DNA of 64,000 nt from NCBI RefSeq assembly GCF_964355755.1, contig NC_092679.1, positions 1,890,201 through 1,954,200 of the forward strand, written 5' to 3'. Below, piece by piece: positions 38,855-53,065 of this stretch. The notes under the pieces are model-generated. The model did no database searches. It was not told where the DNA came from and saw only the letters and a list, made by a program, of their open reading frames with translations. A program made the position numbers and the translations under genes. This stretch comes from Antedon mediterranea. Taxonomy: Eukaryota; Animalia; Echinodermata. The number at the start of each line of letters is the position of its first letter. Position 1 is the stretch's first letter.

Positions 38855-41134
38855 GTTAGAAATTCTGTTAAATATATTTTTGCACTAGTTTTTATTTTCA
38901 AGAACGTTTAATTTTCGCAAGGTATGGAAAAAAAATAACTACGTTCAATTATACAGTAGCATAATGGAATTAATAATTCTATTTGAAATGTATTTGGCAA
39001 CTGGCGTGTGTGGCCGCACTGTCCCAGATAAAATATGATAAATATTTAAAACAAATAGTTTGTTTTCGTTTGTTGTTGTATGGGGTTAGGGACTGAGATA
39101 AGATTAGAACATTCATCATTTTTTAGCTCCACTTTTTGTTATCGTATTTCCATCCATTTATCTTCTAATTTGAGGAAATCTTCCTTCCTCACCTTATTTG
39201 GAGTTTGTTGAGAGCAATGTATCATGAAATGGAGAATCAGAATAAACTTTATATAGTTTCTGTTTATCCACTTAATGTACTGCAAATCAAATAAATGTCT
39301 TTCGCAATAGTTACACTTTATCGGAACCATTTGAAGCATTATCCAATTCCTGATGTTTGAACTGTAAGAAATAAGTATATATTCCATATGACATTTAGTA
39401 CACCTAAAGGAAGATTAGTTGGTATTCTGAGGTGAGACCTATCAATTTATCATTTTATTAAGATTTCTGGAATGTTTATTGCATTTATAAAATAAAGGAA
39501 GGGGTGATGGTACGATTTAAATCATAAAAAAAATGTTGAACCTACACTGAGCAGGTGCGACCCCTTGTGGATGTGTATGAAGTAGGGAAGGGAAGATGGT
39601 ATGATTTAAATAATAAAATGTTGGACCCCCACCACTAACTAACACATAATAGTACAAATGTGACCTGTGACCTTATATATTATTACATAAAGGAAGAAGA
39701 AAATGGTAGTTGGTACGATTTAAGTAAATGATTGTTAATAACAACCAGCTAAAGTAAAAAAAAAACAACTTTAAAAAAAAAACAGTTAAAGTTAGGCTAC
39801 ACCTAAAAAACAAGTTAAACATGAATTAATTGTAAATAATCTTCTTAATAAATCAACCCCTTAAATTAATTTTGACCTCCTTTTATGTTATATCATCACC
39901 ACTCTATAAGTGCCTTGGTTGCAGGGAGTTAAATTTATCACAGTATAGTTTAATTATTTTCTTTTGGAATTTATCATCAACTGTCATGTGCAAGAGAAGT
40001 ATTGTGGTTGCCTTTTAATTAGAAAGCTGTCCCATAAAATGCTGCAAACAGATTAAAGACAGTCTTCCAAGAATTAATTTGTTGTAAAATTGGAATGGTA
40101 GAACCTTTCACCAGTAGCTGTACTGTATACACAATGCTATCATAGTAGTATGTAGACTGTAGGTTGAAAGTCTATTTCGTGCCTAGCTTACCTGGATAAA
40201 CCGACAATAGCCCTTTCTCCTCGAAGAGTGAGATATAACTCGAAGAGTAGAAATTTTCATTGAACACCCCTCTCTACAAAGGTGTACAGTTGTGCTAATT
40301 TAGCTACCGAACATAGTCTTGTGTTTTGACCAATTATGACGCGATGGATCACATAAACTGTTGCTTGTCAACTCACTTGTATTGTGCCTATGTTGTTGCG
40401 GTGCGTCCAAGTTGGATCCACGCTTTCAGATCACAGCTATACCTAGAAGTACAGTTAGGCCTATAACTATTAATATATAATAAGCAATATTTATGGCCTT
40501 TTGTTTGCACAGTACTAAAGAAGTTATAGTAACATTTCTACTAACATTTAAGGTGGTTTTATGTTTCAGTTATTTTATATTGATTCTTATTAGCTTGTTT
40601 ACTTACTACACTTCATACAATAAACCTAGAAAACCATTCAATAAATTTCTATGATATTTTAGCGTGATTTATAGACATGATTTTCTTGTACAATAACATT
40701 TTATTTTTGTTAATTTGTTTTAGATATGTTACAAGTGAAGGTTAATAAAAGTTAAATGTGCTTACTTATTGTATTGGAAATCCATCTTATGATCTCAAAC
40801 CATGCGTCTGTATAATTTTACAGTAGCATGATAACTGAATGGTTTATGTTATTCCGTGACCAAATTCAATATTTATTACCTATTGTCCTTCTCAACTTAA
40901 TTTATATGTCTGCATGCTGTTTTGAATTACATCTTGGAAAAGTCTTGAAAGGAAAATGTGCCACATTTTTTTATCCTTTTTTACATTTTTTGGTCAATAT
41001 TATTATTAATATTATTAGTAATGATTATTTAAGAGACTACAGTTAAAGCAACATCCCTTAAATTCCACTATCGACTGCGTTTAAAACAATTTTTAAAGCC
41101 TGTATGTAATACTAAACATGGTAAATAATACTGT

Positions 41135-41340
41135 ATAATAATAATATCCTGGATTTATAAAGTGCCTTATGTTGTGAAAGCGCTGTACATACAGTAATAT
41201 TACCCTGGTCATTTTTTGATCAAACATATATGGAAATATACTTCCATCCATAATGTAGCTAGTAATCAGCGCAAATTTGTGTCTTGACCTTCTTAAACCA
41301 GGTACCCATTTGTACTTCTTGGTGGAGATGCAAACATAAT
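41135..41340 (-). mobile_element. SINE 3' portion
   Basis: Minus strand has a CCACCAAGAAGTACAAATGGGTACCTGG core (cf. the SINE at 1806-2041) and a tail GCGCTTTCAC...TTTATAAATCC...(ATT)n. Confidence 0.5.
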
Positions 41341-42463
41341 TATATAAAAACGTTCTTCTTCCATTTACGGTAGTTGCAAACTTCATTGTTAAAGGTTACT
41401 GCTCCACTGGCTAGCTTTTGCAATTTGTATGCATATGGTGTATGGTGCATAGTTAGATAATATTATTTCAAACTAGCACTATTATTTGTAATGAAAATAA
41501 TAATAATAACAGAAAAGTAATACAATATTTTTATTTTTAAAGTAGTTTATATCAGCTGCTGCTTTTACAGATTTTTTCGAGAGCTTTTTTTTGATTGACA
41601 CCAAAGTGTTTAAGGTGATGTCATGAATAATGTTGATAAAACTACTTTAAAAATTGGTTGTTCGGCATGTTTCCAAAATGTATAACATTTTTAGTATTTT
41701 TACCCTTGAATGGAAGGTGTGTTTCCTTTTTTAATAGATACCATCACTAAGTATGTCATAAATGTTTGATACCTTGTAAGGATACTGTGAGCATGTATGT
41801 TTACTCAGCTGCAATGTAGGCTTTCTTATCGCTTCAAATCAATTTGCAAGACGATGTTTAGTTCTTACATCGGTGACACTTCAAAGGCAATGTAACTTAA
41901 TTTTATTTACAGAGCATACACTGCATAGTTGTCGCATATTTATTTTTACATTGGTTTTATTATCATGATAGGAGTTTTCAAAGAGAATGATTTACAGGAG
42001 ATTACATGAAATAATTGTCTCCAATTTTATTAATACCTACCTTTAATTGATTCCATTGTAAGAAAATTCCTTCAGTTTAGTTATAATTATGACCTTTGAT
42101 TTTCCAGGGTAGTTGAGATTGTTGGACAAAATGTATAATACAGTATACCCATGATATTTGCCTTTGGACCGACTGGATTTAAGATCGAGATTCATTTAGA
42201 TCAAACAATTAAAATAACAAGCTAAATTTTGATTTTGTTTTTTACATTATTAAGCCTACAAGTTAGCTTTTTAAATAATTAAGAAATTGCAAATTTTAGA
42301 CAGATATAAAGATTACCTATATATTGTTAAATATATTACTAGGGCAGACACTGTACTATGGTTTAAAACCTCCCAGTAATTCTGGTCATTTTGATATTCC
42401 ATTGGATGTGTTTGCAATAACATAGCAGACAACAGTACAAACTCTATCTATAGTACTGTATAG

Positions 42464-43310
42464 AGCTCTGTCTACACTACCAAACTTTATGTGATGGGTC
42501 CATGTGGACATGATGATGTCATATCACTACCATATTTGGGCACATCACTATAATATTTCAGCCCACGAAATTCAGAAAAAAGAAGGTCGGCAAAAAATTG
42601 CCGACCTTAAATTCGCCAAGGTCGGCAGTCTCGGCAGTTCTAAAAATAGAAAATTCACCAAGGCCTAACCTCTTGCTAACCTAAAGCCTAAAGGCCTAGC
42701 TAGGCCTAGCCTCCCTAGCTATATGTTATGCAAAAAGAACTAGCAAAATTAACTAAAAAAATATAAAAACCTAACACTAAAATTTACAAGATAAATTCTA
42801 TTTGATAATTGCTGAACATCATGGTTCTGGAGCTAGCCGTACACAGAGGATAGTTGCTTGCTTGGCATAACAGGGTATTCCCCTACACAGGTCTGTCGCA
42901 CAGCGCTGTGCCCAGCCAGCTTGGTTTTGATAGGAGGAAAGCATGCAGCTCACACACAAAATGATGTAATGGTTGAGTGAATTCAGGGATCATCTTAATT
43001 CCATGGTTTGTTAACTAAACACAACATGGTGGTGAATATGCCTGTTAAAATTTCAATGATACGATCCCTTAAAGTACCATGTTGTTGCTAGGAGGCTTGA
43101 AAGGAGGGATCTGGCCTAGTTTCTAGGTCGGCAATCTCTTGCCGTCCTCTGACAATTTAAGGTCGGCAATAAGGTCGGCAATTGCCGATTGCCGACGTGA
43201 AATTCGTGGGCTGAATATTTTGGCACATCACTATAATATTTTGGCACATCACTATAATATTTGTACACATCACTACCATATTTGGACACATCACTACCAT
43301 ATTTGGGAAA
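42464..43310. mobile_element. MITE family A copy interrupted by a nested element; internal 21-bp unit amplified
   Basis: The left TIR at 42464 continues after the insertion as tandem GGCACATCACTATAATATTTT units (43215-43310). Confidence 0.8.
42559..43213. mobile_element. 655-bp TIR DNA element nested in MITE A
   Basis: CAGCCCACGAA...TTCGTGGGCTG TIR, subterminal AAGGTCGGCAA repeats at both ends, AATATTT duplicated on both flanks. Confidence 0.85.
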
Positions 43311-44426
43311 ATACTACTAAGATTGACTTTCCAAGCGTGAATCACATTACCGAGATCGTGACAGGATATTCCATTGAAACATACTGTTCTAGTTGAACAC
43401 AAAATCTCTGATTATTTGCCATAGACATGGTTTAGTGCTTAAATGTATTATGTTTTAACATGTAGAATTAACTATGGCTTGATGCTACCATCTGTAGGGG
43501 TAGAGGTAAGCTAGGTTCAAGGGTACAAGAGATTGCCTAATTAACGGCAAATACCTGGTAAATAATTTCAGGTGCTCTACTGAAAGTTATCTGGCAAGTC
43601 GATTCGATAAGAGGTAAGATGAGGGCGCTTTTGGTTAGCTTTATTACGAGGTATGCGGTATAGGTTAAATTTACTATCGGTGATTTAGACATATTTTTTT
43701 TAGGTTAGTCACCTAAGCCTTCAACTATGACTGCGACTGCCCTTAAAATGTTTCGCTAATGCAGAAGTTTTTGTCGTGTCACATAACTAAATTGAATCCC
43801 AATTTTTTATGCAAATAATTTCCAAAGTCAATGACCATGCAGATGTAATTATACATTCTCAATTTCAGAATGTCTAGCCTAGATTTACAGATGAATATAA
43901 AATTAATTCAGTGATGATAAAGGAAATGCTGCCTCTCATTGAGTTTCTTATAATGTGGCTACCGGGATGTGGGAAGGTCCCTCCGGCCTAGCATGCAGAT
44001 AACAAACACCCATAATGAGTTCTATTTATTCACGGAGCTCATTCATTTACATTTTCTGATGAAAGTACATGTTGATGCTTAATGACTTTTGAGAAAGAAA
44101 ACTGAAATTAGGGTTTCACCATCATCAGGAACGATGAGTAATTTACGTAAAGCAAACATGACATTAACTCGCAGATATTTAATTTTCAAGTAATGTCGAT
44201 CAGGGTTGTTGTAATTACAGCTTGAGAACGTATGTAAAGTGTACACATTGTAAATGCATATTACGAGGCTTAAGAGAGTTAATCGAGCCATCCTTTAATT
44301 TCACAGTTAATGCAGACTTAAGTTCTAAGGTCTGGAGATTTGCAGTACTAAATATTATATAGAATTATCTGTATAAGTAAGTAGTAGAAATGAGGATTTT
44401 TATAGTAACCCACAAGTTTTGGTAGA

Positions 44427-44577
44427 TGGAGTTGTAGCATACAGTAATCCAAGTCTATACCAAGACTTTGTAGTTGGAGTTGTAGCTTAACCCAAGTCTA
44501 AGTCTTGGTGGATGGGGTAGTAGCTTAACCCAAGTCTAAGTCATGGTAGTTGGGGTTGTAGCTTAACCCTAGTCTAA
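44427..44577 (+). repeat. 38-bp minisatellite (about 4 copies)
   Basis: TGG(A/G)GTTGTAGCTTAACCCAAGTCTAAGTC-like units at 44427, 44475, 44513 and 44551. Confidence 0.8.
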
Positions 44578-45335
44578 ATGAAAGCAGATAAGAGCAGATT
44601 GAGCATGTAAATTCTTAATGAGATGTCACTAGTTTTGCAAATTATCCAAGCAGGAAAAGATGAAGAGTCCAAAGAACTTTATTTTTTTAGAGTTAGATTT
44701 TAATCAAAGCCTCACAAATATTTAAACTTTTTATTCTTCTTCTCGGTTAAATTTGAAGACAAAAGCAATGTGAATTAAACTAATTAACACAGATTATCCT
44801 TAATACTATGTGATTGTAATAGCACCAATAGAGAAAGAGAAAAGTGTTGATAAATTGCCTTTCATAAGTATATTTTAATCCCCACCAACACACCCCTACC
44901 CCTTCACCTCACAAGTGTTTCAACTATTTCTAGTATTCCTCTTCCTTAAATTTGTTAGATCTTTTGGAAACTCCTGCAGTGCGGAGAAGCCAAATGTCAA
45001 TCATATAGATACAATATGTGGTATTTTTATACCGATCCCCCAAGCGCCAATCTGAAATACCATAATGTGATAAGTCGTTATCACCAGATCCTGCTCACTA
45101 CCACACTTAATTGAGTCTAATTTTGTTTTGTCAGCAACTAAGATAAAAACATAGTGTCTTGAACTAGCGTTTATTCTTCACACCTGATATAGCTATTTTT
45201 AAACCAACCTTTTTTGTATACTTTATATCTGTAAGTTTATCTAAACCTATAAATTCTATACGGTACTTTATTAGGGAAGATGTATTGTATCTAGAGGAAT
45301 TTCCAGGAATAGGGGGTAGTTAGGGATGAGAAATA

Positions 45336-45473
45336 AGCTCTGTCTACACTATCAAACTTTATGTGACAAAAATGTTTGATGTGCCCAAATATGGTAGTGA
45401 TATGATATTGTGTCCATATGGGCACATCACATTTTTTTATCCCATAAAGTTTTATTATAGTGTAGACAGAGCT
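45336..45473. mobile_element. MITE family A
   Basis: AGCTCTGTCTACACTATCAAACT...ATAGTGTAGACAGAGCT. Confidence 0.85.
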
Positions 45474-46829
45474 ATACAGTATTCAATGTCCAGGTTTATC
45501 TTGTTTAAATTTGACAAACAATTAAAAATTAAGTCTGAAGTTGGCCTACACTATTTGCACAGTGGGACAAACATTCTATCAGAATTTATAAATTTATTGA
45601 AAAATAGGAAATGACACCAATGATAATGATATTGTGGCATTTAGGCCTACAGGCCATGTCCAATGGGGTTTACAATTTGACATTTGTGACAGTTAAAATC
45701 ATGAATGGGAAATGGAATAATCACATGGGAATGAAGTTGCCTTCCCACCTGTCTAGCATGGAATTCATAATTGCTAATAGGACTACAGAAAGTTTTTTTA
45801 AATTCTAATTTGTCATTTGTCTATCCCACAGAGATTGTAATGTTGTTTATTTATTTTATTGCTAAAAATGTTAAGTATTATGAATGGATCTTTTTTTGTT
45901 TAGTTTGATATCTTTTCTCAAATTGAGTTTGTATCCCAGACAAATTTTACCTCTTGTTTTTACAGTTAGAAAGAGGTGATTTAAATCAAAATGTTTTTTA
46001 CTAGATGAAAAACATAGGATTTTACCCATTTGAAAAATTCAGTCTGTCTCTGGTCAGCAGGTCATTTCTTAATGACCACAGGTGACCATCTATTTATGTT
46101 AATGTTATGATGATAGGTATCACCTGCCCTCTGTGTAATTAAGCGTATCCATCAAACTAAACCGCCTGAGACATGAAATACATATTAGGTTTTTATTATT
46201 TTATAAGAAGCTTAATGTGCAATTCCACACTCTTAATATTAATTTATATTCTGAATATACAGGTACTTATTAAATTGTCAGATATGATAATGAACTCAAG
46301 CGAACTCTTGTCTGAGAGTTTGTTTAAATAAAAAGAAATAGATGGACAAAATGTGTTAAGGAATTTGAGAATAAATGAGTAAATAAAAAAAAAAAAAAAT
46401 AAATAAATATGGATATGTATGGCATTGCTTCTACTTTGTTGCAGGCTGTTCAATTTTCTCAAAAGGCGGCGTTTAAAAAAAATTGTAGGCCTACAGTAAT
46501 AGTTTTGTCCAATTTGTTTAATTCCAATAATTTAAAGTTTGTCCTGAAACACCATCTCAATATTCAAGTTCCTGGGATACAGTAAGTATGTTTTTTTGCT
46601 GGTTAATCATTTCTTTTAATATGATTGATTGAAGTCATAACATAGTTGTTATAGAATAGAGAAGCCTACAGTTTATAATTCAATTTTATTGAAAGAAGAT
46701 GATGAACTAGGTTAAACATTTCACGAAGGCCGTTCTATTTCTTTCAATAACAATATATAACTCTTGTACATACTGTAGTTTCTAGTAAGAAATGATATGT
46801 AAACAAAGTGAAGATTTACCAAATTTGCA

Positions 46830-46980
46830 TTATCAAAGTTTGAAATTTATGTGATGTGCCCATACCTGTATATGGACACGATGACTTCATGTTACTATCA
46901 TATATGGGTATACTATGTACTACCGTATTTGGGCACATCAAACTTTTTTGTCAAACTAGTTTGATAGTGTAGATAGAGCT
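46830..46980. mobile_element. MITE family A (eroded left end)
   Basis: ...GTCAAACTAGTTTGATAGTGTAGATAGAGCT|TAA. Confidence 0.75.
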
Positions 46981-47585
46981 TAAACAATCATTGATTTTGA
47001 GATTTATTACTGCAGTAACTAGAACATATAGCAGATAAAGCTTTTTTCATGATCTTTACTAGAACATGTTGTTAAATTTAATGTTTATTCATAATTAATT
47101 AAAACAAGACTTGATGACAATGAAAAGTTAAACTTTATTTCTGGTTTAATCTCCCATGAATGTCAATACCAGAAAAACAACTTTGATCTTAGTAGGCAAT
47201 TGAGTGTAATAAATGTTTATTTGTTACAGATGGACCAGTATTTGGCCATTGATCAACTTGACCATGCTAATAGCAGGGCATGTGAAAGGCTTTGAAGGAT
47301 TAATGATATTATTACTGACAAAAAGGTCATGTTTAGTAGTTATACATTGATTTGTTGTCTATTTTACAAAGAATTGAGAAATATTAAAGATTTGACAGTT
47401 GGTAACTTATTTGTGCACCTAGATTTATTGTGCTGTTCCATGTACAGTATCTTTTAAATCTCTCTCCGGCAATCTTATGTTTTTGAAACGGATACACCGT
47501 CCTGGAGTATGGGTTAATATGTACCGTGCTTGTTGAAGGAAATCATGTTTGTCACTGGTGTTGCTTACCAATACCAATCATCTAA

Positions 47586-47762
47586 AGGCCAATTTACACA
47601 ACGACCAATAACGGTATAAACATAGAATCTATGTTATTCCTTATGACCATTACACACAACACGGAACGGTTTCCACTCAGGATAGATACAGATTCTACGT
47701 GGGACAAGCTAACCGTTTTTTTTTCTTTTACCGTTATAGTGCTTGTATGTGTAAATTGGCCT
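47586..47762. mobile_element. Complete PIF/Harbinger-like MITE
   Basis: TAA|AGGCCAATTTACACA ... TGTGTAAATTGGCCT|TAA. Confidence 0.88.
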
Positions 47763-48189
47763 TAATACTGCATCATACTTGTCAAGTATGTATTAATACT
47801 CCATTATAGAGTATGGTTGGTTATGAAAATGATGTTATAAGAAGAGAGTTCACAGTAACAGCTGTTTGATCTAATGAGAGGTATAGGAAAACAAAGTTAA
47901 CAGTTGCTTTCTATTTGGAGTAGAAAAAGCTGAAGGCGAATGTATGCATGATCATATTATGGCCTATAGGTATCACCTTATAAAAGAAATGTTTTCTGTA
48001 GGAATATTTGACCCTTAGATTGATCGTTTTCAGCCCAGTGATTGGAACAATCCATTAAACCACATGTGGCCGTGGATTGACATAGATGACTGTCGATATT
48101 GGAATGATCCAAAGAAATCATGTGGCTTGAGTATGACATAGGTGATTGGTCATAAGTTTGAAACTGTGCAGCAGTTTTAGTGAAACCAT

Positions 48190-48406
48190 GGCAATAGGCA
48201 TATACCTCTGCCCATACCCAAACATTAACCTTTTTGTTAAACTAGTTTTATAGTGTAGACAGAGCTTAACCTTGAAGCTACATCAGGTTGTGGCTACAAT
48301 TTTAGAGGCACATAGTCATGTAATGGCCCAAATATATGATACTGATATGACATCATCATGTCCCTAAATGTGCACATTTTTTGTCACATATAGTGTAGAC
48401 AGAGCT
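48190..48406. mobile_element. Two partial MITE family A copies
   Basis: Two right ends TAGTGTAGACAGAGCT ending at 48266 and 48406. Confidence 0.65.
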
Positions 48407-51400
48407 TTCATAAATTTGAAATACTATATTTTAATTTTACATAGGAAACGATTTCAAATTTTAAAATTCAGACACAAGTTGTCCTTCCTTCCAGCTATGA
48501 TATTTTTGACAATTTTTGCATATCTTAAGTTGCTATTAATTTCATGCATTGCATTTATATAGAAAATTGATATTTTTGCTTTTAGAATATTCTCAAATGA
48601 TTTAGAATAGATTATGGCAGCAATAAATTAGTAAAAGAAAACATTCGTTATATTTCATATGTAAAAATAGTGTACAAACAATTGGTGTCCTTTGGTGTTT
48701 CCTGTTTTGGTTTTGAATCCAAGTTCCCATGACCAAAATATGTATAATTCTAAAAATGTCTACAACATTAGCTATTTTCTTGTCAATTCTAGGTGAGTTA
48801 ATAGTACTATGTGGTTTTCTTTTTGTGTTATTGAACTTTTCCAATTTAACATTCTCCTGGTATTCCACTTAGACACCAGAACACAAATACAAATTAAATC
48901 TTTGTTTTTAGATTGCGACAACAATGTACAGAATATCATTCCGTGTCGACCATGCATGACCACGCATATCAAGGTGCCCTATCAATCATGTAGATTGTAT
49001 ATGCAGATATATTCCTGGAATTAACAAGTACTAATACTAATAGATTTAATGGGAGCGTATTCTGTTGTCATTTTTAATGGCAATGGTTCAGAATATTTTG
49101 GTAGTGCCGATGTTTAGATACACAACTATTATAATTGGAAACACAAAGCGATTAATTTATTAATATTTGATGATCAAAACATTTGTTTAGATTAATGGGC
49201 AAAGTATTTTTATGCACTTAATTTGGTTGTCCCTGAGAATAACTTCAATCGGAATCAAGGGGCTGGTACCCCAGAGTCAGTAGGAAGCCGTTTTGATTGT
49301 GATTACTAAAACGTTCTTGATGTCTGTTTCGTGCATTTTCTATGTCATTCAACCCATTGCCAGAATTTTTGTAGGCTAATTGCTATTTAACCCACATTAC
49401 AGATTTTTTAATCATATAAAAATAGCATAAATACAATTCCACATGTGCCGTGGTTGAAATAAGTAAAATATTCTCCTATAAACCTTAGTTAGGTGAGAGG
49501 TTGACCCCTATAGGCATTATATTGACCCCTAGCAGCAGTATTTTTACCCCCAAAGGCAACATGTTGACCCCTAGCAGCAAGGGTTCTTTATTGTCGCTTA
49601 TAATTTTTAACCTGAATACCCTCTGGGGTTGACCGCTGCGGTCAAAAGTAGAGTGAGAGACATGGTATAGAATAGACACCCAGTGGAGTGTGGATTTGGT
49701 CTAATTAAATAGAACACTTGCCCAGCTGTGCATGTGTCTAGCAAACTTGTAACAGTTTCAAACTATTGGTAAGTTATACCTGTTTTGAAAATGTTTTATG
49801 TTTGAAAAATCAACAATAAGTCTATTTGTACTATTTTACATCTGAAACATAATTTGATGTGCCACTTTGAAAATTTATACTGAAGGTTGTTTTGCATTTG
49901 TTTCGGTATTTGAAGACATTTTCAGTTTTACTTGTTGGGTTGTTTGAAGGCCATGTTACAAAATGATACTAATTCGCTACAGGTTGTTCACCCACAGTTG
50001 AGCTGCTGATATAAAACAATTTCTAATCATTTCCATTTTTAGTTTTTACTAAATTATTCAAATGGTACCCTGGAAAATTCTAATCTTTATTGATTCAATT
50101 TTGTACATTTTTACACCTTTAATCTATTTTATATTCTAGGACATATTAATTTTAACACATCAATTTTAATTTTATAGATTTTAATTTGTTATTGAGGTAC
50201 AGAAAAGGTTATTTGTATTCATTTTTGCTATGGATTTTGTCATCTTTTTGAGATCCTGCCCGGCTTCGTCTATTTTTTTTCAATAATCTCAATCTGTCAT
50301 TACTGTTTTTTGTTTACTTTTTGTTTTTGCGGCGAAAATAAATGTCTTTTGAATTGAATTATGATATAAATATCTAAACATAAATAACTAAAATAATAAA
50401 TTAACATCAAACAACTCAACAAATTGTATGTCACTGTTTCTTTATAAAATTATTTATTTGTTTCTGTATCAAAAGTCATAATTTTCTGGTACCAGAATTC
50501 TTAAATTAGGCAAGACCTGGTAGTTTTGGAATTCCCAAATCACAACCTTCTGAGTGACATTGGTTTAAATTATTCTGTTAATAGATTTATAATAAAAAGC
50601 TATAAAATATTTGATTGTTTTATGTCTAGCCAAATCTGGCTTTAGGTATTAAATCAAACTAACTAATTTGATTACAGAATTTTTCCTATGCATTGATATT
50701 TGACAAACCAACACAATTCCTGCCAACTGTGTATCAAATTAAAGAGTCTACTTCCATTTTACTACTGTAGATTGTTGGTTAATATGTTTTGTGCAACCCG
50801 TGTGTATATTAGGAACATCGGAAGTCTCCACTTCACTACTTTCTGAAGAGGTACACATTTTACATGGCCATCTTTCCTCTCCTAGTCCTGTTTCTTGCTG
50901 GCCAGATCTTCCAGGTCATACCACAGACCTGTTTTAATGGTTCATCACACTTGTCCTGGCACGGGTTCGGCACCAGCAAATTAAATCGAACGTCAATGTT
51001 TCTTTTTCACAACACTCGATATGCACGTAGCCTTATGTAAACGAAACATTGTTTAATTTGAATTTTTTTTTTCTGACTAGAGCTGCCATGTCATAAACTT
51101 GTTTCACGGACTATAGAACCATGAAAAAAGTGTGAAATACCATTTATGGAAATAAACAGGTATATGGTTGGCGCTTAGCTCATTCCTCACTCCTCTCCTC
51201 CAACTCCTGTTTTTCTTCTAACTAGAGCTGCTACAGTATGTCATAAACTTGCTTCAGGGAAAGAAAACAAGTTTCTTGTATCTTCCGTTAGTTCAAAACC
51301 AGATATTCATCTAGCAGATAATTTTACAACCCTGATTCTCATGTTTGACATTTGCTATCAGTAAAAGACGGCCAAATATGCACTGATCGTTTATAGTAAT

Positions 51401-52437
51401 TACTGAAGCAAAAATTAGCTAACATTACGTATTCATTGATTGTGTAGGCAAGAGATAAGTAACAGGTTGATGAATAATAATTCACTGCCCTGGGAGACTT
51501 GAATTGAAAATTGAAATTCATTGAATGGTGAAGGGTGAATGACCTGGACTGTACTGAATTTCGGTGAGTACTGTAGTTTTTACAGAAATGAGAGATGTCA
51601 AGAAAAATTATGATTCTGAACATTGAAGTCCAGTCTGGTAGAAAGATTACAAGTTGGATAGAACTATTATTAGTATTAGTAGGAGTACTACAGTGAGATC
51701 AAGCCAGGAATTTCTTCTCCTCCTATTTCCCCCTCCAGACTTCCATTAGTTCTTCAGTGGTCAATCCATGGCGACCTCTGTGTAACAATTGACCTATACA
51801 ATGGTCATTTAACAGGACTACTAATTCTTTTTAGTAATAAAGATTCATCATGTGTTCTCTTAATTAGATAATTATCCACAATAAATTGTTTAATCACCTA
51901 ACACTTATATTCTTACTACTGTATATTACACACTAAATACATAGGCCTATTAATTATGATGGTTTATTACCACTGCAGGAGCTTTCTTCTTTCTTCTTTC
52001 TCTTTACTGTACTAGTTAGCCAGTCTCACCATGAAGTATGGTATCTTTATGTAGTAAACTGTCTATAAATTCACTGTGTAAATTGTTTAATTGTCTCATT
52101 CTATATTTACATTTCTTATTATTATAATATTGCTCATTTAAATGCATTGACCTATGCATTGGTCATCTAGATAACTGCTAATCCATTGGTTTAGTGGAAA
52201 CAATAATCCGATAGAAGCTTGTTCATCTTTTGAGAGGGTTTGCTGCAATATGTCAATATTTATCTTACTTGAATTCGTCGCCTTGATTGTTTAGTAATCC
52301 CAGATGATGTTGCGATGATCCCGCGTTATTCTCTCTTAATTGTGACTAAGGAATCGTACATAAATTATTAATTTCTATCAATTATTAACTATTGTAAGTT
52401 TTTTTGATATTCAAAACTATGTTGTTGATTAACAACA

Positions 52438-53065
52438 GTATCATTGTCATCATTGACATCATCATTGTCACCATTGACATCATCATTGTCACCATTGACA
52501 TCATTGTCATCAACTTGTCACCATTGACATCATCATTGTCACCATTGACATTATCATTGTCACCATTGACATCATTGTCATCATCATTGTCACCATTGAC
52601 ATTGTTACCATTGACATCATTGTCACTATTGACATCATCATTGCCACCATTGACATCATAATTGTCACCATTGACATCATCATTGTCATCATCATTGTCA
52701 CCATTGACATCATTGTCACCATTGATACATCATTGTCACCATTGATACATCATTGTCACCATTGAAATCATCATTGTCACCATTGACATCATCATTGACA
52801 TCATCATTGTTGCCATTGACATCATCATTGTTACCATTGACACCATTATTGACACCATTGTCACCATTGACATCATCATTGTCACCATTGACATCATCAT
52901 TGTCATCATCATTGTCACCATTGACATCATTGTCACCATTGACATCATCATTGTCACCATTGACATCATAATTGTCACCATTGACATCATTGTCACCATT
53001 GACATCATCATTGTCATCATCATTGTCACCATTGATATCATCATTGTCATCATTTTCACCATTGA
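52438..53065. repeat. Minisatellite of 18/21-bp units CATTGTCACCATTGACAT(CAT)
   Basis: About 630 bp of tandem units, which generate the spurious Met/Ser/Asp-rich ORFs. Confidence 0.95.

Noticed and set aside
43139-43402. His-rich repeat ORF (HHYNILA)
   Set aside because: Amplified 21-bp internal unit of MITE A.
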